A DNA stretch of 41,786 nt from positions 198,153,749-198,195,534 of the forward strand of contig NC_068981.1 in NCBI RefSeq assembly GCF_001194135.2, in the 5' to 3' direction. Source of the stretch: Octopus bimaculoides. Its lineage: Eukaryota. Every line of letters starts with the position of its first letter. The stretch's first letter is position 1. Shown here piece by piece: positions 34,038 to 41,786 of the stretch. Under the pieces are notes generated by a model, which worked only from the letters and a program-made list of their open reading frames with translations, was not told where the DNA came from and did no database searches. The position numbers and the translations under genes are program-made.

Positions 34038-35075
34038 TAGACTCAGCTATATTAATGTAGGTTCCTGCCATCCCCACCCCCATAGTATTTAAGAATTTAG
34101 TTAAAAACATTAGCTAGAGAATTTCTAGCCTCTCCTCCAATATAAACATTTTTAATAGTGTTGCTCCAATATATGATAAAGCTCTAAAAGATAATGGCTT
34201 TCGTGAGGAAATAACCTATAAACCTGTTATTAGACTAGTAACAAAGAAAAGGAAAAATAGGAATAGGAAAATTATCTGGTTCACACCACCTTACTCCCCC
34301 GAAGTGACCTTTAATATAGGTAGATACTTTTTATCAATTATAGATAGACATTTCCCCATCAATCATAATTATAGGAAGCTCTTTAATAGGCATGACTTAA
34401 AAATAAGTTTTAGTTCTACTAACTTTAAAAATATAATTGCACACAACACACAAAAACAACAAAATGGAACTTGTATGATCGAGGCCAGCATTCATGAAGC
34501 CACCGTAGACTCTACAACCAATAAGAACATAGTTTTGTCAAAGAAATATGTGGGTCTCACAGAGGGAAATTTTAAAGCCAGGTTCAGCAATCACACCTTA
34601 AGCTTCAAACACTGGGATAAAAGGAAAACAACCAAATTATCCAGTTATATATGGTCCTTAAAAGTAAAAGGTGTAAATTTAAGATCCACTGGAAGATCTT
34701 GGCCAAATGTAAACCTTACACCAACAGCAGTGGAAAGTGCAGTCTTTGCGATATGGAAAGATGGCTTATCTTGAAAAGTTCTTTAGACCCCATTACATGT
34801 CTAAATTCAAGAACTGAACTTTTGGGGTCATGTCGACATATGGCAAAACATTTGTTACGTTTTTGGACCCCCACCCCCAAGATCACAAATAGAACTTGCT
34901 TTTTATATTATGTCCACATGCAAGCATTTCATGTCTTACCATTTCTTATATTTTTCTTATATATATTTTATTGCTTTATATATTTTTTCTGTATATTATT
35001 TTTCACCTTTTATATTGGAGTAATATGTGCATATATGCATGTTTTGTATGTATATTTACATGTTTGGACATATAT
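34038..35075 (+). mobile_element. Hydra-type PLE, 3' part (right of nested insertion)
   Basis: The frame resumes LSYINVGSCHP, followed by NRKIIWFTPPYS, KYVGLTEGNFKARFSNH and WKILAKCKPYTNSSGKCSLC. Confidence 0.9.
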
Positions 35076-35114
<39 letters not shown>

Positions 35115-35147
35115 TTTGTATGTATATGTACACGTGTGTGTCAGTAT

Positions 35148-35439
35148 GTATATGGGAACGAGACTGGGCCCCAACTATGCGAACCTGTTCGTTGGCTACA
35201 TTGAGGCCCAAATATTCTCTAGTTACACTGGTCCCACTTCCAAACTATATGGTCATTATATTGACGACTGTATCGGTGCAACCTCGCTCTTCCACGAATA
35301 CCTAGACGCCTTCCTCTCTTTTGTTAAATCTTTTCATCCTGCCCTCCATGTCTCCTACACTATTTCCAATGCTTCCATCACCTTTCTAAACATTTCGGTC
35401 AGCATTCATCACTCCACTCTCACCACCTCCATCCATTAC
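35148..35439 (+). mobile_element. Neptune-like PLE RT fragment
   Basis: MGTRLGPNYANLFVGYIE...YIDDCIG...FHPAL...FLNISVSI...TSIHY. Confidence 0.8.
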
Positions 35440-35539
35440 NNNNNNNNNNNNNNNNNNNNNNNNNNNNNNNNNNNNNNNNNNNNNNNNNNNNNNNNNNNNN
35501 NNNNNNNNNNNNNNNNNNNNNNNNNNNNNNNNNNNNNNN

Positions 35540-35652
35540 GCATTAGGAAGGGCATCCAGCCATAGATACGATGCCACAACAGACATTTGGAGCCTGGACA
35601 TCCAATCCATGCCAGCATGAAAAGCGGATGTTAAACAATGATGATGATGATG
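35540..35652 (+). mobile_element. RTE/SINE 3' tail with (GAT)n
   Basis: gcattaggaagggcatccagc...catgccagcatgaaaagcggatgttaaacaatgatgatgatgatg. Confidence 0.7.
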
Positions 35653-36585
35653 TCACGGCCATCCTTCTGCAGGAATGACCAAAACTGATTTCTTCTAAAA
35701 AAAAAAAAAGGGAAAGAGAGACAAAAAGAAAGAAAAAGTGAGAGGGAGAGAAGAATCGATCCCAGTACTTTGTTTATTGACCCCAAAATGATCAAAGACA
35801 AAATTGATTTCAGCATTGCAATGGGTGAGAATGATTGCCACGAAGCAACCTGTCTGGTGCTCTACTGATTCTGTGACTTGATCACTTCATAAACACAACA
35901 GAAATCACTTAAAAACGAATTTATGTCACTAAAACATGTCTTCACACACAACCTTTTCGCTCATGATAATTCAGAAACTATTTTTAAGAACCACAACATA
36001 GGACACCTCAAATATTTAATTAAATTGTTTATAATGAAGATAACGAACCAGAGCAGAGATTAAAAAACTTCCAGGACACGAACCAAAAATAGAAAAATCT
36101 AAAAACATGAATATAATAGAAATACAACAAAATGAAGTAATTTATTATGTGTTGAACCCCTGCCAGCATGGAACATGGGAGAAGAGACCAATAGAAAAAG
36201 TAGTTGATCTGCTCGACTAAAGGCGGTGCTCCAGTATGGTCACAGTCAAATGATTGAAACAAGTAAAAGAGTATATCTTATGAAGCTGGTCATAAAATTC
36301 CTTTGGGAATTCCCTAGAAAGATGAAAGAAATAATATTGAGAAAAAGTAACGTCAACAACAGCAACAAAATTATAAGAATACAAACATTCACACACATTC
36401 TTGGCTTTGGTATCAAAGAACAGGGTAGACATAGCAGGTCAGTGTGGTACTCAAAGTAGTCACAGTATATGTATGGGTGTCATTATTCAGTTTCATTTCA
36501 AGATTTCTTGCCAACAGAGAAAGAACCAGGCTCTAACCTAGAACCAAGGCTCCTTCATTGGAATTTCAACAACAGGGTATTTTTG

Positions 36586-36655
36586 TATGTATGTATGTAT
36601 GTATGTATGTATGTATGTATGTATGTATGTATGTATGTATGTATGTATGTATGTG
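36586..36655. repeat. (TATG)n microsatellite, reading (CATA)n on the minus strand
   Basis: Direct reading. Confidence 0.95.
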
Positions 36656-36776
36656 CAGATTTGTATGCTTTATGTATGTATTCTCATGCATATAGTTGCA
36701 TGTCTAGACATGCTCATANNNNNNNNNNNNNNNNNNNNNNNNNNNNNNNNNNNNNNNNNNNNNNNNNNNNNNNNNN

Positions 36777-39700
36777 TGAGAAGCCTAATTTCTCAAGATT
36801 AGTATCTAGGCAGTGTGTTACATACACCAGGGCCCCAATAATTACAGGTATAAACCTGAACTTGTAATCTCGATAGAGTAACTGCAGATTTCTCAATAGT
36901 TCCACATAGGTGTTTTCTTTTTCACTGATCTTCAGCTTTATGTTAACATCCGCTGGGCAGCTAATTTCCTCAACTGTGCACAGTTTCTCTTCTCTATCCC
37001 AAATCATTATATCAGGTCTGTTGTGTTTACATTTTATTGAGGTTTTCACTGGGACACTCCACCAGTATTCCTTTTTAATTATGAGTGGCTATGGCTTCCA
37101 CTATACTGTGGGTTCTTATCTCTTTGTCCTCGGGGTTATCCTTTCGAGGGATCTTATACGGTATTCTAGCTACAACATCTTGTCTCATCGGCAGATAATA
37201 AAGTGCTGACATTTTCGGACAACTGATTATGATGTGGGTGATATCTTCATTGTTCATTCCACAAAGTCTGCATCGGTTGTCACATTTTTTACTACTTTTC
37301 CTGTGTCTCTGTCCCTTTTGTGCATCAGGTACTTAGTTGATATTTCCTGTTCCTGGATTGTAGACGCATACCCTTCAAAGTGGGAGGTAGTAATCTGGCT
37401 ATTAGTCCATGATAAACTGCTTTGATAATCGATGTTACTATCATCTAGTAACATGTCCATGCATAGTCTTCTGCTCATATAGGCTCATCCTTTCATCTGA
37501 TGATACGTTGCGGGAGAGTTGTGCGATTTCTTTGGGCATGTATTCTAGATTATAAGACAAGGAATGTTGCTCATGGAGCTGCCTTCCAAGACTTATGATG
37601 TTATCAGCCTCATGTCTGCAAACTTGGTCAAGAGATGCACTTCAACACTTGGTGGTTAAAAGATGTTACCAAAGGGATATGATGCGACATTCAAAGGCAT
37701 TTTGGATCAATGTTAAGCCTCTTCCGCCTTGTTTTAGTTTTAGGTAGAGGCGGTATACGTCACTGTTGATGTGGAAATTACGTGTGCTGGTTAATATCTT
37801 TTGGGGGTTCTCACATCAAGGGCTCGGATCTCATCAAGCAGCCCAAATATTGATATGAGTACTGGCTTTGCAAACACATTGTAGGCTACAGTCTTATTGA
37901 ATGCAGAGTTCTGAGGTCCAAATCTTCTTTATTCGGCTGTAATATTCTTTAGTGACACGTGTTTTATTACAGGTTCCATTGTAAGATATATTTTCATCTA
38001 TCCCTAGATGCCTGTAACATTCCTTGTCAGATATAGGGGAAAAAGTCAAATCATTGATGGAGATGTTACTAGTCTAGTTTATAGTTTCCCTACTTTTCAC
38101 AACCATATAACATTTATCTTGACCAAACCCCAACCCCATATCTTTTGAGAATGTTGTAACTAGGTCAAGGCTCTTTTTCATCTCATGCATATTCTTTGCA
38201 TAAAGTTTTAAGTCATCCACAAAGAAACAGTGTGTAATTTTGGTATTTCTTGTTTCCTTGTGAAACAGTGAGATATCCTTCAGACTTCCTTAACATGAAT
38301 GACAAGGGGTTTGCAGAAAGAATAAACAACATCACAGAGAGGCTGTCCCTTTGGAATATGCCTTTGCGATACTCTATTCTATCCTATCAGTGATAATAAA
38401 GTCACTCTTTGTGCTTAATATCAAGATGGTGGCCCACGATGAAGGCAGGTCAGCTATGGCTTTGATTATTCTCACTGAAACTCTAGCAAGTTAAAGGGCT
38501 TCTAACGTCCATGAGTGGAGAACAGTCAAAGGCTTTCTTATAGTCTAGTCACATTGAAGTTAGGATCCTCCTATGCTCTCGCACCTCCGACATCACAATT
38601 TTGTTGATTAACAATTGCTCAGCACATCCCTAGACCCCCTTCTTCCCAGCTGTTTGTTCTGCTTTGATAATGTTATTAGTTTCACAATGGTCCCGGAGGA
38701 AAAGGTTTAACCAAGCTGTATATATCTTATACATTAAGTTCTGGCATGCAATTGGCCGGTAGTTTTTTGCCATGTGGATAGTTCTGCATTTTCGGATCAA
38801 TTTTGTCTCTGCCAGAACTAACCAGTGTGGTATGCTACTGTTCCCATTGAGAGCTTGCTGGTACAGATTGATAAGATATGGTCGGTAGAATGTTAGCTTC
38901 TTGTACCAATATCCAACAACCAAGTCTTCCAGGTGCTTTTCCATCCTGGAGTTTCTGCATCGCATTTGCAAGAGTTTCACCATCAATGTTGTATGTCTTG
39001 GATGTATCATTTACAGATTTCTTTGCGTCACAGACCATCTTGGTTAAACTCCTTCTCTTCACTCCAGAGTTTCCTTCCAGAAGGAGTCTATGTCTTCTCG
39101 TGAAGAAGCTTCTCTGATGCCCACTGCTCCTCCTCTCATGTCTCTGTATACTGCTGCCTGGTTTCGCTTAAATCATTTGTTGATTGTTCTTCTCTCAGTT
39201 CTTCCCTTCTGATGTCAGAGTTTCTCACTGAGAAAGCTTTTAGCTCCTGCTTGAGGCTAATCAGTTTGCAAGTGAGTGTCCCCGTTTTACTGTCTCCAAA
39301 CATCATTTCTATCTCCTTCATTACTTCCTGTTGGTGGGACGTATAGTCATTTGCTTGTTTGCCTGCAATTAGCATCATTACATGGCTGATGGTCTTCCCT
39401 AAACCAGTTATCCTTTTCTCTGTCTTCAAAACCCATGGTGGTACTTTCTTTGTTATTTCGGTTTTGCTCACTTTTTGAAATGTCATTCATGTACTGCTTT
39501 TGCAGTAGAAGCCAGAGCATAGAGACAGGCGTTAGTCTGCCAGAATGTGGGGGATTCCTCACACTGTTGTAAATACTCATCCCCAATTTCCTTAACAGCT
39601 TTTAAATCTGTATCTGGTGGGGTTTCTTTTCCTTATTTTGGTAGAGAATACTCTTTCCTCGAGAGAGTCCTTCAAAGCCAAAGTTTATTTTTCTTCAAAA

Positions 39701-40331
39701 ATTTCAGTAAGGGCACATTTCACCAACATTTGATCTTTACTACTACTACTACTGCTACTACTACTACTACTGCTACTACTACTACTACTACTACTATAAT
39801 TGTTGCGGTTGTGCTTGCTATTTACCATAGTCGTAGTAGATGGACAGTGGTCAGTTACTTGAGTCCGGAATGTCGTTTGGCTGGCAAGCGCTATGGAATC
39901 TGTTGGAATGTTGCTAGCTGTGAAACCACGTGGTAGTCTTATATCATTCACGTTTTTGCTTTTCTTTAAAGAGTTGGGTAAAGGTTAATTTTCGATTTTT
40001 TAATAGTCATAGTTACTAACCTTCTTCCTATCTTCTCCAAATCTTGCTAACTGGCATAGTTGCTTCACAGTAAAATGATTTAATTCTCAATGCAAATTTT
40101 CCCAATCTGATTTCAATCGTTTCATACAGCCAACTGCGGGGTTTTGTTTCGCTTTTTTGTAGAAGTTAAATAGATCATTATTCAATTCATAACGCCAGGA
40201 AAAATGAGTTTTGTAGTTTCTTCTATAACTACAACTAGAAAGAAATTGTTGGTGGAGGTAAAGGTTATTTTTTGGGGCGGGGGGTTCTACAGAAGCCTGC
40301 TTTTTCGACTGTGGAGATTCCGATTCTGCAA
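36777..40331 (-). mobile_element. Near-full-length decayed R4/Dong-clade LINE (RT, CCHC knuckle, restriction-like endonuclease)
   Basis: GCMKRLKSDW, VPPWVLKTEKRI, GKAPG, NYRPIACQNLMYKIY, LDYKKAFD, C..C..NNEDITHIIISC and HNRPDIMIWDREEK...EISCP motifs. Confidence 0.85.
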
Positions 40332-40408
40332 GGAAAGAAAAAAAAATAATAATCAGCATTTCAAAATTTTTATATATATAGATGTGTGTGTGTGTGTGTG
40401 TGTGTATA

Positions 40409-41442
40409 CACGGGTTGGACAAAATAATGGAAACACCTAGCATCATAGCATCATAATTTTGAAATATCTATAAAACTGTCAAAAACTTACTCATTTTTAT
40501 GTTTTTTGATTTATTATTAGTGTTGCTTAATATGTTTTGCTAAAATTGCTGTTTCTCTTCAGATATCATCAGAAAAAGGTAATTAAAATTCATTAAAATG
40601 ACCGATCTATTGGACTTTCAAAGAGGTCAAATTGTTGATGCTCCTATGGCAGGCGCTAGCGTAAAGAAAACAGCCATAATGTTTAGTGTATGAAGAAGTA
40701 TTGTCTCGAAAGCAATGACAGCCTTTGAGAAAGATGGAAAAACCTCTTCGAGAAAGCAAAACTCCAGAAGAAAATCAAAACTTTCAGATAAGGACTATCA
40801 GACCCCTATGTGAATTGTTAGAAAGGATCACAAAAGTACAGCTCCCAAAATTACTGCAGAGCTAAATGACCACCTCGAGAACCCAGTTTCCACAAAAACT
40901 CTTCGCCGGAAGCTGCATAAAGCCAGATTTCACGAAAGGGCTGCAATAAGAAAACCATTACTTTCAAAAACAAACGTTGCAAATCATTTAGAGTGGAATT
41001 AAAACCTACAGAATTGGTCCCTAGAGCAGTGGAAGAATGTTATTTTCTCGGATGAGTCATCCTTTACCTTATTTCCGACCACCGCTGAGTATATGTGTGG
41101 AGACAGCCAAAGGAAGCATTTGACCCAGACTGCCTTCTTCTAACTGTTAAACATGAAATTGAACATCTTATCTGGCCACCACATTCTCCTGATCTCAATA
41201 TTATTGAAAATTTATGGTGCATTTTAGAAAAATAAGGAGTCGATATCCTTGACCATCATCACTACTGGAGACTGTTTTAGCTGAAGAATGGGCAAAAATT
41301 TCTTTGGAACCAATTCAAACTTTGTACAAGTCCATACCTTGTAGAATTCAAGCTGTAATTACTGCCAAAGGTGGTCCTACCCCATATTAAAATAAATTTG
41401 TTTGAAATTTTAAGGTGTTTCCATTATTTTGCCCAAACCCTG
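40409..41442 (+). mobile_element. Tc1-family DNA transposon, internally deleted (transposase remnant 40598-41390)
   Basis: TA-flanked ~30-bp TIRs (40409-40438, 41413-41442). Peptides FQRGQIV, VSTKTLRRKL, VIFSDES and WPPHSPDLNIIENLW; the second catalytic Asp region is absent. Confidence 0.9.
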
Positions 41443-41446
41443 TATA

Positions 41447-41786
41447 TATACCCTTCAGGTAGATGGCCCTGCTCAGTATGTAGAAAAGGAGTAGGTAGTA
41501 ACTCTATAAGATGTACCCGGTGCAAGCTATGGACACATAAGAGGTGCAGCAACATCAAAGGCAGGTTAACTAGCAAGTTAGTTTTTGTTTGTGGCAGATG
41601 TTCAGGTGCAATAAAGACTGTAAACAAACAGGAAACAACTTCTATCTCATTCCAGGGTGAAAAACTAGAGGTAGTCGATAGCTTCCGCTATCTGGGCGAC
41701 CAAGTTAGTAGTGGGGGTGGGTGCGCTGAAAGTGTAGCTGCTAGAATAAGAATAGCCTGGGCAAAGTTTAGAGAGCTCTTACCCCT
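41447..41786 (+). mobile_element. RTE LINE fragment of the same family as 21881-24542, running off the window
   Basis: PSGRWPCSVCRKGVGSNSIRCTRCKLWTHKRC...LEVVDSFRYLGD matches 23230-23570. Confidence 0.9.

Noticed and set aside
40563-40578. 16-nt micro-exon (ttcag|ATATCATCAGAAAAAG|gtaatt) as a host exon
   Set aside because: It lies inside the Tc1 5' region, is not a multiple of three, and has no supporting coding signal.

Overview
AT-rich eukaryotic genomic DNA with many N gaps. The repeat families and microsatellite load suggest a cephalopod (octopus-like) scaffold; this is inference. There are no prokaryotic features and no CRISPR array. About 80% of the called sequence is nested, decayed transposable elements. 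These include Penelope-like retroelements (PLEs) resembling four clades (Hydra x3, Naiad, Neptune, Poseidon/Penelope), several carrying minimal hammerhead ribozymes in their 3' pseudo-LTRs. Also present: RTE and RTE-BovB LINEs, a near-full-length R4/Dong LINE, tRNA-derived SINEs, two Helitrons, a piggyBac-type MITE and a Tc1 element. One host gene is detectable on the + strand. It has a solid 234-bp phase 1-1 exon (15354-15587) encoding a PARP14/PARP10/NMI-type RRM-like module, a probable ATG exon (12216-12256) and a possible TATA-driven first exon (~6105-6211). The most notable structures are the hammerhead set, an inverted-pLTR PLE nested inside another PLE, and a stem-loop motif multimerised at two different periods in two RTE 3' UTRs. 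All calls are by-eye; clade names rest on recalled motifs and no database search was run.
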